Below, one piece after another: positions 12,941-26,628 of a DNA stretch of 64,000 nt (positions are counted from its first letter, which is position 1; each line of letters starts with the position of its first letter). A model generated the notes under the pieces. It was not told the origin of the DNA, searched no databases, and saw only the letters and a program-made list of their open reading frames with translations. Source of the DNA: Octopus vulgaris (taxonomy: Eukaryota); assembly GCA_951406725.2 (NCBI GenBank), contig OX597816.1:14384001-14448000 (forward strand), given 5' to 3'. The translations under genes were made by a program, and so were the position numbers.

Positions 12941-13228
12941 ATGTACATATTTTTGTTTTACTTGTTTCCGTCGTTGGAGAACAGCCATGCTGGAGCGCCG
13001 CCTCAAAGGGTTTTGTCGAATCCAGTAAACATAATCATCGTTTAAACCCCAGGCTTTTTGTGGTTGAGTAAACCTATGACAAACGACACTCCATTCGTGA
13101 CAATCATATCTTTTGGTCACCTGCTCCATTCCATCTGAGATTACATTCTCCAACGTACTGTGCCATTTTAAAGACAAAGGGTAGTGATTTGAGTGAATCT
13201 GACTGTTATTTCTAAAAGTCATGTGGCG

Positions 13229-13483
13229 CACGTTTTCTCAGCCCCCACCCTTTTTTTTATCTTTAGACCCCTTTGATTCCTGTTTCACTCAGGTGGACCC
13301 TTAGAGCCATTTGATGTTTAATAATTTCTGTTATATTTTTTATAATTAAATATCATCAGAAATTTTATAAAACTTAAAATTAAAATATTTTGTGTACCGT
13401 AACCAGTTTATTCTACATAAATTGTAACATCAAAATCGTACATGGACCCCCAAGGGCCATATAGGCCCCTACTGAGAATCCCT
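13229..13483. mobile_element. Decayed hAT-like MITE related to 61193-61446
   Basis: Shared gacccctttgat/ggacccccaagggcc subterminal motifs; ttctcag/ctgagaa ends. Confidence 0.45.
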
Positions 13484-13588
13484 AATATAGAGTTTCTTCG
13501 TAGTTGGTGCGCGTACGTAAAGCTGCTACGTTCTGGTGTATTTTCTACTACTTTTGTATGGTCATTTTCTTCTTTATCATATCCGGTA

Positions 13589-13849
13589 AAAATAAATAAA
13601 TGCGCCCTTTTAAAAGCCTATCCAGGCTCGTGGGCCCGTTTCCCCGGTTTCTATGGCGTATGTATTCCTTAGCTTGACGGGACGCCAGTCCATCGCAGCG
13701 TTACTCATTTTTGCCAGCTGAGTGGACAGGAGCAACGTGAAATGAAGTGTTTTGCTCAAGAACACAACGCGTCGCCCGGCCCAGGAATCGTAACCACAAC
13801 CTTACATTCATGGTACTGACACCCTAACCACTAAGCCGCGCGCTGCCAC
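13589..13849 (-). mobile_element. SINE family C (tail 1)
   Basis: Perfect 14 bp TSD tatcatatccggta at 13575-13588 and 13850-13863. Confidence 0.9.
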
Positions 13850-14139
13850 TATCATATCCGGTACATCATCTTTATTCCCACATTTACACTCATCCATTTC
13901 AAGTTCTATGAACACTAATAGATTTTTTAGACTTCTTTTCACGCAATATTTTTATCCGAAGGAATCGAGGTATCTGTTTCAATTCATGTTCTCATTCCAA
14001 TCTTTGATGATGATATCTGGTCGGTATTCCTTGATATCCTTGTCAGCTTGAACAGACAGGCATGTCTCAGACTATTTTAGCTACATTATTTTTATATCCA
14101 AGGTTCTATACGTGCGTATACCGCTTCTCAGTTTCCATG

Positions 14140-14312
14140 TCAAAATATCGGCAACTTGCCCGCATCGTCAAATGTCGGGTTATTGTATGTGTCGGCATAT
14201 TTCCGGCATCAGCGAATGTTGGTAAATAGCCCGTGTCGGCAAGTACCGGAAAAATTATTACATGCGTCAGTATATTAGGTGCGCCGGTATGCGTCGGTAT
14301 ATTACCAACGAT
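14140..14312. repeat. Decayed CpG-rich minisatellite, ~30 bp period
   Basis: Recurrent tgtcggca / tgcgtc(a/g)gtatatta motifs. Confidence 0.5.
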
Positions 14313-14490
14313 GCAAAGTTTTGTAGATAGGCATTGATCCTGTACAAATAAAATCAAACTTTCTGTTTATGCTTTTAGCTCAGGTAATTTCTTTTAGATA
14401 TTTTTGGTGTCCTCCCTGACTTAGTTCTTCTCTGTAGAGAATTACACGTTATTGTGTAAGGATAGATTTTTTCTCCATTTAGACGAATAA

Positions 14491-14561
<71 letters not shown>

Positions 14562-14577
14562 CATTATTATTATTATT

Positions 14578-15081
14578 TTATGTTTGACTTTTGCTTTGCA
14601 TTTGTACAAGTTGGCTCCTAGTCTCACCCAGAGACCTCTAGAGACAACAAGTTGGATGCTCATGCTGGTGTTATGCCTAGGGTGCCATATATTTGGTTTT
14701 GTACTTAGTGTTTTTCAAGAGAATGTTTAAGAAACCATAAGAAAATTATGAGTTTATTTTAAAATTTGAGATTACATAGACAGTATTTTACGTAGGATGT
14801 GGGCAGTTCCCATGAGCACTATCTTTTGAATTTTTGCCATTTTGGGTATCCTGGTATCTGAGCTAGGTAGAAATCAGCCCCTTTTGTTATTATTCCTAGG
14901 GCACCTATGACAACAGGTATTGTTTTAGTCTTCGGGTTCCACATTTTGATAATCTTTATTTCAAGATCTTTATACTTGCTCAATGTTTGGTAGGTCTTGA
15001 CAGATACGTTTATATCGATTTGGACAGTCATATCAATGAGGAGGCATGATTTTTGTCTGAAGCCTTTTCAATATAATGTCT
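14578..15081 (-). mobile_element. R4/Dong-like LINE 3' fragment (RLE domain and 3'UTR) within (AAT)n
   Basis: KSCLLIDMTVQIDINVSVKTYQTLSKYKDLEIKIIKMWNPKTKTIPVVIGALG...MGTAHILRKILSM*; (TTA)n on both sides. Confidence 0.85.
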
Positions 15082-15099
15082 TTATTATTATTATTATTA

Positions 15100-15137
<38 letters not shown>

Positions 15138-15692
15138 GAGTGAGAGAGCAGTTCATGCCATCAAAGTGACACTGGGGTAAAATATACGAAGCCCAATATA
15201 CCCATCATGACTACCCGTCTGATAAAGGTACACCAGGCACATGCATCACAACCATATGTGCGCGACATGGTGATCTCATATCAAGATAAACAGCACATGA
15301 CCTTGCAGGTGGGGCTCAGTTAGAATTTTCTTCAGGTTGAGTAGCCCATCCCGCTCAAACGGTCCCTGAATAAGGGTTGCTTAAGGATGTTGAAAGAACC
15401 ACCCATGTTTCCAGAGGTGAACTATTCAAACCCCAAAGAATCCCTCTCAACACATGGCTATGATGCTCCCCCACTACTTCTGCTTGTGATCAGAGATGCA
15501 CATATCGTCAGCCACTAAGGAACATGCTCAACTGGTTAAGGTCAAACAACTGACAAGCAAATCTGTGGTATTGAGCAGAATATTTGCTGCAGCCCATCTT
15601 TTATACCAAGACAAAACAATGTACATGATAACACTTCCAATCAGTTAAGATCAGAAGCCATGAGAGCCACTGCCTGGTACTGCATCAGGGCA
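15138..15692 (-). mobile_element. Non-coding retroposon 'X' flanked by (AAT)n
   Basis: Homolog at 30812-31087; both end ...ctgctctctcactc then (AAT)n. Confidence 0.7.
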
Positions 15693-15747
<55 letters not shown>

Positions 15748-15752
<5 letters not shown>

Positions 15753-16163
15753 GACGCAGGAGTGACTGTGCAATAGGCGCAGGAGTGGCTGTGTAGTAAG
15801 AAGCTTGCTTCGCAACTACATGGCTCCGTGTTCAGTCCCAATGCGTGGCACCTTGGGAAAGTGTCTTCTACTATAGTCACGGGCTGACAAAAGCCTTGTG
15901 AGTGGATTTGGTAGACGGAAACTGAAAGAAGCCCGTCGTATATATGTATATATATATATATGCGTATTTGTGTCTGTGTGTCCCCTATCATCACTTGACA
16001 CCGACGTTGGTGTGTTTACGTCCCCCGTGACCTAGCGGTTCGGCAAAAAGAAACCGATAGAATAATTACTAAGATAACAAAAATAAGTCCTGGCGTCGAT
16101 TTGGTCGACTAAAGGCGGTGCTCCACCATGGCCGGAGTCAAATGCCCGAAACAAGTAAAAGAA
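15748..16163 (+). mobile_element. SINE family A with duplicated first ~23 nt
   Basis: tagacgcaggagtgactgtgcaa-taggcgcaggagtggctgtg; full body and tail. Confidence 0.85.
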
Positions 16164-16704
16164 TATGTTCAAACACTCCAGAGAGTATACTGCTGACCTG
16201 AGTGGGAAAGATTTATATATTGCAGTAAAATCCAAACAAAGATTATAGTGAACTTGGCATTAAATGTAGAAAATCCAAAGTTTCTGTCAGTGTCTTTTTT
16301 CATGGAAAATTTGGGGGGGGGAATAAATGAGAGACAGCTTAGATTTACATGCTCAAAGCTAAAAAAGAAACTGGCTGCTACTGATAGGGAACGCAGAATT
16401 ACGTGAGTATCATTCGGGAACGTGAAGTGTTAGGAGAAACTGTATGAGAAGGAAGACGGACAGAGTATGATGTTTTAGGAATCCATAAACTTCGTGGGAG
16501 CGTAAAACGAATCTTTTTGAAAGAGTGGACCTTAAAGCAGAAAAGCTATAAATAATAACGTCTAAATATTGCGTAAGAAAATATTGGGACTCAATATTTA
16601 CGTCTTTTTATTTATAACTTTTCTACTTTGGGGCCGACTATTGCCCCCTAAAACATGTGCGTGTGTGTACATATATACATAAATGCTCATACATACACAT
16701 ACGA

Positions 16705-16910
16705 ATATTCGCCATCAAAGATCGCTAGCCACTCCACAATCTTTATTTTCTCTCCCTGTTTCTTTCTGTGTTCCTTTCTGTGGAAGAGCGTAGGCTCGAA
16801 ACGTTAAAGACTTTTTCACTTCCCGAGCGTTATACTAATACATCTGTTTGTTCTGTTTGTTGACTACACCGTCTGTCTTCGTCATTTATTTTTTTATGAA
16901 TTTTCCCTAT
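16705..16910 (+). mobile_element. Penelope-like terminal repeat fragment with hammerhead-like motif (16774-16809)
   Basis: CUUU-CUGUGGA-A-GAGC-GUAG-GCUC-GAAA-CG-UU-AAAG; ends in (TA)n. Confidence 0.6.
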
Positions 16911-17035
16911 ATATATATGTGTGTATATTCATATACGTTTATGTATATATATACTGTTGTGTCTGGGGAGAGTCAAATCCAAAAACAAAATATATATATA
17001 TATATACATAAACTTATAGGTATATAGATATTATA

Positions 17036-17086
<51 letters not shown>

Positions 17087-17689
17087 CGTATAAATTCACT
17101 CAAACAAGAGCATGCATATATATGCACATACCTACCCTTACATAGACGCACATATGCACCTATTGATTTAATTTATGCTACAAGAACCTAAAGGCACTCA
17201 ATACACCATTAAGGAGTTAACTATCGTGTGATAAACAAAGATAATGAAAGCCCTGTTTAACTGACAACAATTAACACACAGGTACACACAGACACATATA
17301 TGCATAGATACACGCACATATACTTATATATATGCATGCAGACACAAACACACACAGGCATATGTATTATGTATGAATAATGGTGTTAAATATATCAACA
17401 GAAGTGCAAGTTGGAAATAAACGAGCGAAAATAGAAGTAAAATCAAGCAACACCTGAAAAATGATTTACTCTTTCAACTCCAATTTTAATATTCTTGATA
17501 AGGGATTATTTACCCGAAATATTAACAAATTAGTTGAAAAGCTTAAACTATTATTCTCCTTGTTTGTTTCTCTTGTTATTCTTATCTCTTAAAATTTAAC
17601 TCTTGTAGCTTTTCTTAAGCACTCTATTTCATAACCTCATACAAGCTATTATATACTAAATATGTGAATGTGTGCACATACACACACAC

Positions 17690-17734
<45 letters not shown>

Positions 17735-17808
17735 CATACATACATACATACATACATACAAACATACATACATACATACATACATACATACATACATACA
17801 TACATACA

Positions 17809-17840
<32 letters not shown>

Positions 17841-18672
17841 CATGTATGTGTGTTTAGCAGTTTTTTCATTACAATATTTTGCGAAAATCTTACCTTTTAG
17901 TGCTGCTATTTAGAACGTTTAGGTTTTTATGTTTGTGTTTAGATTTTATTGCACCAAGGTTGTGGTTTGTTTGTTAAATTCTTCAATTATTTTGTTTATG
18001 CGTTGCATTTTGGAAGGAGAAAAAAAAAGTAGTTACATTTTACGATCATCCATTCCTTTCCCAAAATAAACAGAGTTCAGAACTTGTTGCCTTTTTCCCT
18101 TATTGTAAATCTCTTTAGAATAGTGAAAGATGAAAAGCTGAAACAGAACGTTATATTTATATATCTGATTCAATAAACTCAGACATTTCAACTAACTAAA
18201 TAAGTGAATCAACAAACATCTTTTAGTATACGTGCAGTGACTAATCATCTTGTTGAAATATTTAGCACTTAAATACCTGCCTTACCAAAATACTCATTTC
18301 TACAAAATACATATTTGTTCAGGTATTTTATTTTGAAATAGCCATTTAAAAAAAAAATACAAAATGAATTAACTTCTCTAGAGAAATGATATGTTGAAAG
18401 TTGAAGTAAGTGTGATGGTTGCTACACACACACACACACAGAGACACACACATACACACACAGACACACACACACACACATACATATATACATAAAATTA
18501 GGAAAAACCCACCTTTTATCAATTCAAAATGAACAATTAAATTACTCCATCTAGAAAATTAAAATACATATTATATTGTGTGAAATTTGATTTAGCATTT
18601 CTACATTGAATTTTTTCCCTGTAAGTTTGGATTTATATTCCCTCAAATAATAATTATATATATATATATATG

Positions 18673-18739
<67 letters not shown>

Positions 18740-18740
<1 letters not shown>

Positions 18741-19035
18741 TGGCTATGTGGTAAGTAGCTTGCTTACCAACCACACGGTTCCAGGTTCAGTCCTCTGTGT
18801 GTGTGCATGTGCACGACGATTGTGTGTATTTTAGTGTTTGTATCTGTTGATTCCAGCGCTTGACAGCCGTGTTGGTTTGTTTATGACGCTGTAACCTTGT
18901 AGTTCGGCAAAAGATATCGATAAAATGAGTACCAAACTTTAAAAATGAAAGTACTGGGGTTGATTTATTCGACTAAACCTTTCAAGGCTTCGCCCAAACA
19001 TGGCTGTAGTCCAATGACTGGAACAAGCAAGACAT
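18740..19035 (+). mobile_element. Decayed SINE A-like copy with internal deletion
   Basis: Head gtggctatgtggtaagtagcttgcttacc and diverged tail. Confidence 0.65.
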
Positions 19036-19146
19036 AAAAAATAGATATAAAATATATATTCAAAAAAGACATCTTTATTTGTGGAAATTTCATCAAAAAG
19101 CTCTTTCAACTGTCTGACCTTTGATTTTCCATCTTTTCTTTTCCAG

Positions 19147-19215
19147 GTAGCAGACCTGCAGAGCGCAATGGCTAAAGTAGCGAACTGCACCCAAGATACT
19201 TCCTCCAATCGGAAG
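19147..19215 (+). CDS. Putative internal coding exon (69 nt, phase 0/0): VADLQSAMAKVANCTQDTSSNRK
   Basis: Pyrimidine tract ttttccatcttttcttttccag, donor AAG|gtaagt, only one open frame, not repeated in window. Confidence 0.7.
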
Positions 19216-19494
19216 GTAAGTCCCTTTTCTATTGGCAGTATAACGCTTTTTAATCATGCGATGCTAGATTGCAAAAATACTGTCAACTTATTATTGAGTA
19301 CTAAAATTAGACATCGTCTTACAAGGCGTGCTAGGAGGAAGTAGTAATTTGCATACCATCCATTGAAGGAACGTCTTCGGATTTTACAAATCATTTAAAT
19401 TCATGGAAATTTTTCTCAGAAAAAAAAACAAAAAGAAAAATCCAATAGCTATGGAATAACAATACGTTCAGCTTGATCTATATATATATCAGAC

Positions 19495-19556
<62 letters not shown>

Positions 19557-20612
19557 ATATGTATATGTATATGTATGTACTTATGTATGTATGTATATAC
19601 ATGTATGCGTGTATATAGGTATATAAATATATGTACATATATATAAATATGTATACATGCATATATATGTATATGTATATGTATATGGATATATATATGT
19701 ACATATATATAAATACGTATATATACAAAAATATGTCTATGTATTATATATACATATACATATATGTATATATACGTATATAAGTGTATATATGTATATG
19801 TATATGTATATGTATGTATATATTTATATTATATATATGTATATGTGTATATATATTTATATATATATATATGTGTATATATATAATGTGTTGTGTGTAT
19901 GTGTATATGTGTGTGTATGCATATGTAACCTGGAAGCTGGATAGGGTATACATGATATAAAATGAGTACAAGTAAGATTATAGCCAGGCCAAAATCAAGT
20001 CAAAGAAATAAACAACAGGACAAGAAATGAGAAAACAAAATTGGTATGATTAGGTTATGAGAAAAGAACATTTAACGTTTTGCACGCTGATCCTTTGTCA
20101 AAATTAGAAAGAGGGTGAAAGAGTAAAGAAAGATTCAATGACACCAAAAATGTTGTTGATTTCAGAAAAGTCGCATGGTGAATGACAGAAGGTAAGTGGG
20201 TTGAGCGGGTATTTAGAACTAATGAAATAAAGGGTAAATAATCAGGAAGTACGTAGGACATTTTTTAAGCATGTTAGTTTTGTATGTGTGTGTATTCAGA
20301 TGTATGTGTGAGAGTGAGTATGTGTGTGTTCTTTCGTCGTTTGGGCTGCAAAAAATCTAGTATACACCTCTGTGCTGCGAATTTTCATCGTCATTTACCA
20401 TTTTACTTTATTCTGATATCAACAGTATTTTGTTTTTACTTAATGATTTTCACTCTTATTCATTACTATATTTGATGAATGATCGCTGTGCGAACGTTTG
20501 ATTCTCTCCGTTTCTTTCTTAAGGCGAACTCATATCGATTTCATGCACTCTTATTTGTTATTTTGTTGTTTCTCGTTTGACCTGCTTTGTATATCTGCAT
20601 GTATGCATATGT

Positions 20613-20670
<58 letters not shown>

Positions 20671-20734
20671 CATGTACATATATATATACATACATATATA
20701 TATGTATATATACATATATGCATATATATATGCA

Positions 20735-20767
<33 letters not shown>

Positions 20768-20797
20768 TTATATATATGTATATATATATATATGTAT

Positions 20798-20873
<76 letters not shown>

Positions 20874-21199
20874 GTAAAACTGTATATAGTAGGTTCAACA
20901 AAAAATATACTCCATCCAGTGAGAGATAAATAACATTATACACAATTACAATGGACTGCTAATAATTTCATGCTTTACAGATACAATAAATTGGCAGATT
21001 TATATAACATGATATAAAAATATGCCAATGTATTGTATCTCAAAAGCACGAAACTATTAGACGTTCTTTTGTAAATTGTGTGTGTATGTATATATGTAGA
21101 TATATTGTATATATGTATATATGTATGCATGTAAGCCTACATATGGACATATATATATATATATATATATACATGTATATATATATATGTATATATGTA

Positions 21200-21425
21200 T
21201 TGGGTTGTCCGGAAAGTTCGTGCCGATTAATAGTAGCTTACCTTTCGACTTACCCCCCACAAGCACCTCAATTCTGGGAAGAGGGTATTTTCAAGTTAAA
21301 GGAAACATGGAGACGCATTGTGGAAGAAAATGGTTCATATTTGGTTGATTAAAAATGTAATGGTAAGTATTTATTGACCTTTTTCTTTCCTTTAAAAATT
21401 GGCACGAACTTTCCGGACAGCCAAA
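21200..21425 (+). mobile_element. Non-autonomous mariner derivative
   Basis: TIR ttgggttgtccggaaagttcgtgcc / ggcacgaactttccggacagccaaa, TA flanks, transposase end FWEEGIFKLKETWRRIVEENGSYLVD*. Confidence 0.85.
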
Positions 21426-21635
21426 TATATGTATGTATGCATGTATGAACATATACTTATATATTCCTACGCGCCGATGTGTGTAGGTAAAGAGGAACAA
21501 GCGCATATACATTCACACATATATTCATAAATATATACATTCATATATACATACATATATATATAGGGAGAGAAATATAGAAACACCAATTACCATTTAT
21601 ATGTTCCGCCCTAGATTTATTCATTATTAGTTCTG

Positions 21636-22080
21636 GGATCTTTTCGGTTTGAAGGGCAGTTTTTTCTAGCGGTGTCATATGAAATTATCACCCATAATTA
21701 TGACCCTAGTATCGATCTATTGCATTTCAATTTGTTACAGGGTTAGGGTTAGTTAGGGTTGGGTTAGGGTTAGGGTCAGAGGTGGTGGGAAGGGTATCGT
21801 TTTTTCTTCAGAAATGTAAATAAACCCAATCTGTTTCTTAAACGAGGGACATATTCATACGACACAGAATGTTTTCACCTCCAATAGACGTCATTGATTG
21901 GTTGAAATTTCAGAAATTGAAGAAAAAAAACAACAAATATCTTACAAACTATAGAATTTTCTCAATTAAGCCAAGAGAAAAAGATGTTTTATAAACACAT
22001 TCTACCAGTATACGAAGTTTAAAAGTGTTTAGTTATGTGGAAATTATTTTAAAAAACTGCCGTTCAAACCGAAAAGATCC
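21636..22080. mobile_element. 445 bp MITE with 8 bp TSD and internal TTAGGG repeats
   Basis: TIR ggatcttttcggtttgaa(g/c)ggcagtttttt; TSD tagttctg at 21628-21635 and 22081-22088. Confidence 0.9.
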
Positions 22081-22781
22081 TAGTTCTGTTTCCTAATAAC
22101 AAAATCTTTTTAAAAAACTGCGAAGTTTATATATATGTGCGTATTCAGACATATATACTTACATATAGGCAGTCATATACACAGTAACAAATGTGTCTAT
22201 AAAAGATCTTCCGTCGTTTTCAACGATGATTAAGCTAATTATTTAATCAGTTGAGCTCCCTTACTATTCTATAACCGTACATGTAGCTTATTAATCCACT
22301 GAATTACAATCAACAATCGACCCAAAAAGCTTCCTCACAGTTTTCACCTACCTGCAAGGTGTAAATCCATCCGTGGGTACGCCAAACCACATTTGCAGAA
22401 GGAAGTGCGTTGTGAAATCGAACCCGAGATCTCAAAGTTGTGATGCGATAATTTCTATCACGTGCGCTCGCGTGAAGCCACAACCTCTCTCTCACTACCC
22501 CCATCTCTCTCTCATACACAAATGCACGCACACACACACACATACACACACATATACACATATATCTATACGTATATATATATATACAATTTAATGACTA
22601 CAAGAGTTAAAGGTGGGCAACTTCAAGTTTCAAGCTTATCTAACCGTATTGCCCAATCGTAGACAGTACGCTGTTCCTGAGTGTCCCAATTCTACGTTCC
22701 ATGAAGACGATTATTGTAGAACCAGCTGAACAGGACAAGGTTTAAGAGAATGGTCTACGAAACCTGATTAGAAACTAATAA

Positions 22782-22869
<88 letters not shown>

Positions 22870-23749
22870 TATCGTTGCTGCTTGTCCTGTTTGTTGCTTG
22901 TGTTACTAACGGTTCATCATTTAATGATTAACAATGTAACTTTATGCTATTGTCCAACTGAAGCCTAGTTAACCAGATTTACTGAACAGTACCACTGCAG
23001 TCATATCTTTAACAATACCAAAAACATTATCATCACAAAATTAAGACGAACAGTATTCAGCAGCAAAAGTTCGTTGGTGTTATCGTTTCGCGACATTTGA
23101 TTGAAAGTAGTAATTGTAAAAAGAAGAGAGTTTTTCGCTGTAACGATTTATCACAAAGACGATGGCTGGACGACTTAACAATGATGAATTAAAAGTGTTT
23201 GTTTCTTTACATCGAATGGAGAAACATTAATATATTAATACATTTTTTTATGTTAATGAGTTGTAGAAATATGTACACTGGAAATCCTTATCAAGAAAAC
23301 TCAGAGTTTCTGTGCTACTCTGATCACCAAAATAAAGGCTCTCTTAGATGTTGTCCCCGATCATATGCATGGAAATTTATAACCCGCGGAATGTTTTGTT
23401 AAATTGCGATGCAACATGAAAAACTGATACAATAATTACAGGGGACAAGTTGATATTTATTTATTTGTACCAAGTAAAATTTATATGAATATTCTCGAGA
23501 ATAATGCCTTAAGAAAATACGAACAAGAATGTTATTTGCATCGGAAGAATTTAGAAACTACGAGAGACATGAAATACTTCGGTTTTAACGACAAAACTTG
23601 AAATAGACAAAGTTATAAAGAAAAGCGGATAAATATTGGGTTAAAAAATTACTTTGGATTGAAAAAGACGGGCAGCTTTCGTCTTTTCTGTGTCCAAAGA
23701 AATTTTCAACCCAATATTTATATTCTAATATTGATAGCATTATTAAAGC

Positions 23750-23962
23750 AGCGAGCTGGTAGAATCGTTAACACGTCGGGCAAAATGCTTCGTAGTATTT
23801 CGCCCGTCTTTACGTTCCGTGTTCAAAATCCGCCGAGGTCGACTTTGCCTTTCATTCTTTCGGGATGGACAAAAGAAGAACCAGTTGAGCACTTGGGGTC
23901 AATGTAATTGTCTTACCCTCTCCCCTAAATATCTGCCTTGTACCAAAATTCGAGACCATTAT
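23750..23962 (+). mobile_element. SINE family B, older monomer with tail 2
   Basis: gcgagctggtagaatcgttaacacg...ccgccgaggtcgactttgcctttcatt. Confidence 0.75.
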
Positions 23963-24871
23963 CTATAGCTTCACGTACTTCAAGTTCCGCTATTAAAGAC
24001 TAACAGAAATAGCAATAAAAAGACAAAGATTGAGTAAAAAGGGTTAAATTTTACGTTTTGCTTATTATTAGATAGCATTATGATGAGAACAAAATTATTT
24101 TAGTCATATCAGTGTAAACGTATTTATTGCTGGGGGCATTAAAAAGTTAATTAGACCTAATGATGCGGTGAAGAACAAAATGGTATTAGTGAGTGAAGAG
24201 TAATTTGTTCGGGAGACAACTCCACGTCTGTAGGTCAAGGTTGACTTAAAGACTGCAGAAGATAGAAAACCTGTTCATTACTGACAAATGTTGCTCTAAA
24301 TTATCTGCTAAAAATTGAATGATTCCTTAGAACGGTAATGGAGAGAAAAGAAATGAGGAAAGAGGAAAAAGCATTAAAGAATAACAAAAGATTGGTGCTT
24401 ATCGAATAAGCAGACATGGCCGATGAGTTGTAATTGCGACTTGCGACAAACGTCTACGTGATAATTTTAGTTTCATCTTACTTGCAAAGATAAATTACGT
24501 TTCGACTGGCTCTCTGCTTCTAATTGTGTGTGAAACTAAGATTCCATGGCAATTTTGACTGAAGAACATATGGTTATGGAATCGGTTTAGTTTTGTTTTT
24601 TACTCTTATATAGAGTGACATGTCTGGCGAGGAGAGTAGAAAGGCATAACTTTAACAGGCAATTTATTGATGTATTCCAATGGTAAAACAGTGAGAATAA
24701 GAACAGATAAGACCAAAAAGAAAAGTAATGAGCCGAAGTATTGCGTTACGGAAGTTTGCAATCATATCTGGTATTTAAATCTCACCATTAACTAATTTAC
24801 TTATTCATCCACCTTTGTTCAATAGAGTAAGTCTCATTATGTACGTACGTACGTATGTATATATGTATGTA

Positions 24872-25192
24872 TACTTATTTTATCTATCCCGAAAGGATGA
24901 AAGGCAAAGTCGACCTCGGCGGAATTTGAACTCAGAACGTAACGGCAGACGAAATACCTGTTTCTTTATTACCCACTAGGGGCTAAACATAGAGGGGACA
25001 AACAAGGACAAGCAAACGGATTAAGTTGATTAAATTGACCTCAGTATGCAACTGGTACTTAATTTATCGATCCCGAAAGGATGACAGGCAAAGTCGACCT
25101 CGGCGGAATTTGAACTCAGAACGTAACGGTAGACGAAATACCGCTAAGCACTTCGTCCGGCGTGCTAACGTTTCTGCCAAGCTCGCCACCTT
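24872..25192 (-). mobile_element. SINE family B, about 1.5 tandem units
   Basis: Two copies of aaagtcgacctcggcggaatttgaactcagaacgtaacgg. Confidence 0.85.
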
Positions 25193-25952
25193 ATAGATAC
25201 GATAAAATAAGCAAGTCCCTGTTCAGATTTTATATACTAAACACCAGTTCCACGCCGTGGCCAATTTACTAATATTTTAGAGAGTACGTAACTATTTACA
25301 ACCTTCTTTCGATTCCCTTATATATCTCAGTTCTTACCAATACACAGATACACATGTATAATCAGATATATTGTACGCATGCACACTCGTGCGTATATAT
25401 TCTTATGTATTTTATTTTTCGTAAGAATAAGGTTTATATGCTTTATATAATTCAGTGTATCAAGATGTGTGATAAATACGTTAATTGACACCTTTTCGAC
25501 AGAGTTGACAATAACTAGAGAAAAGTTTAATATAGAATGCAAACGGAAATAACATAGCAAAACAAGTTACCAAAAGTAAGAAATAAATTCACACACACAC
25601 ATTCACACGCACATACATATGTATAGATATACATATATATTGTAGTGTATATTTTACACTATGTATACATATGTTTATATATAAGCTTTGTAAGTGATAG
25701 AGAGAACGGAAAGGAGAGAGAGAGTACGTGATGCTAACGCAACGAAGTATTTATAGATGAAATAGAAGAACTTAATGTCATCTACAGACTACTTCCGAAC
25801 TACTCTTTGAAAATGATCTGCAGGTAAAGAAACAAGACCTGAAGAACCTCAGCATAACGTCGACCTGTTAAAATTTAAATACACTCACACACATACACAT
25901 ATACACAGACATATATGTATATACATGCATATAAACATATACATATGTTGTA

Positions 25953-26023
<71 letters not shown>

Positions 26024-26026
<3 letters not shown>

Positions 26027-26136
26027 CAGCCGAAATTGCGAAGATAATCTGGTACTCGACTGAGGAAGGAAAACTTCGAATGACCCGTCCTTGTTTTCTT
26101 TATATCGTCTATCTGGGTGTTTTGTTGTCCCATTTT
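26024..26136 (+). mobile_element. Dispersed repeat adjacent to microsatellites (possibly PLE-derived); relatives at 40273-40441 (+) and 28951-29030 (-)
   Basis: Shared aatcagccgaaatt...cttcgaatgaccc...tatcgtctatctgg...ttttgttgtcc. Confidence 0.6.
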
Positions 26137-26151
26137 GTATATATATATAGC

Positions 26152-26261
<110 letters not shown>

Positions 26262-26282
26262 AATAGATATATATATATATAT

Positions 26283-26465
26283 AGTTAATCAACAAAAGCG
26301 AAGAAAAACACAAGGATGGACGTGGTACATGCAAAGTCACTCAGGGAAGGAAAGAAGGAGTGTTTTACGTTTCAAGGAAAGCTCTTCTTCAGAAACAGAA
26401 GATAGAGGAAAGTCTAAGACAAAAGGAAGTCACCAGCATTCCACATGTAGTCACTTTCTGGAATG
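26283..26465 (-). mobile_element. Penelope-like terminal fragment with hammerhead core (26362-26396)
   Basis: Minus strand GUUU-CUGAAGA-A-GAGC-UUU-CCUU-GAAA-CG-UA-AAAC; stem II damaged. Confidence 0.55.
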
Positions 26466-26628
26466 TATATATATATGAGTTTGATTAAAGGTTAAAAGCT
26501 CATTAAGGGATAATAAATTCCAATGAATATACTTGTTTATTATTACGTATTACAAAAAGTATTGAATATTTCACTTAATATTCCACTGTAAGGTAATTGG
26601 ATAAATCAGTGTTTACATATATATATAT

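Noticed and set aside
21738-21780. TTAGGG tract as a telomere fusion relic
   Set aside because: Short, one orientation only, and inside a TIR/TSD-bounded MITE
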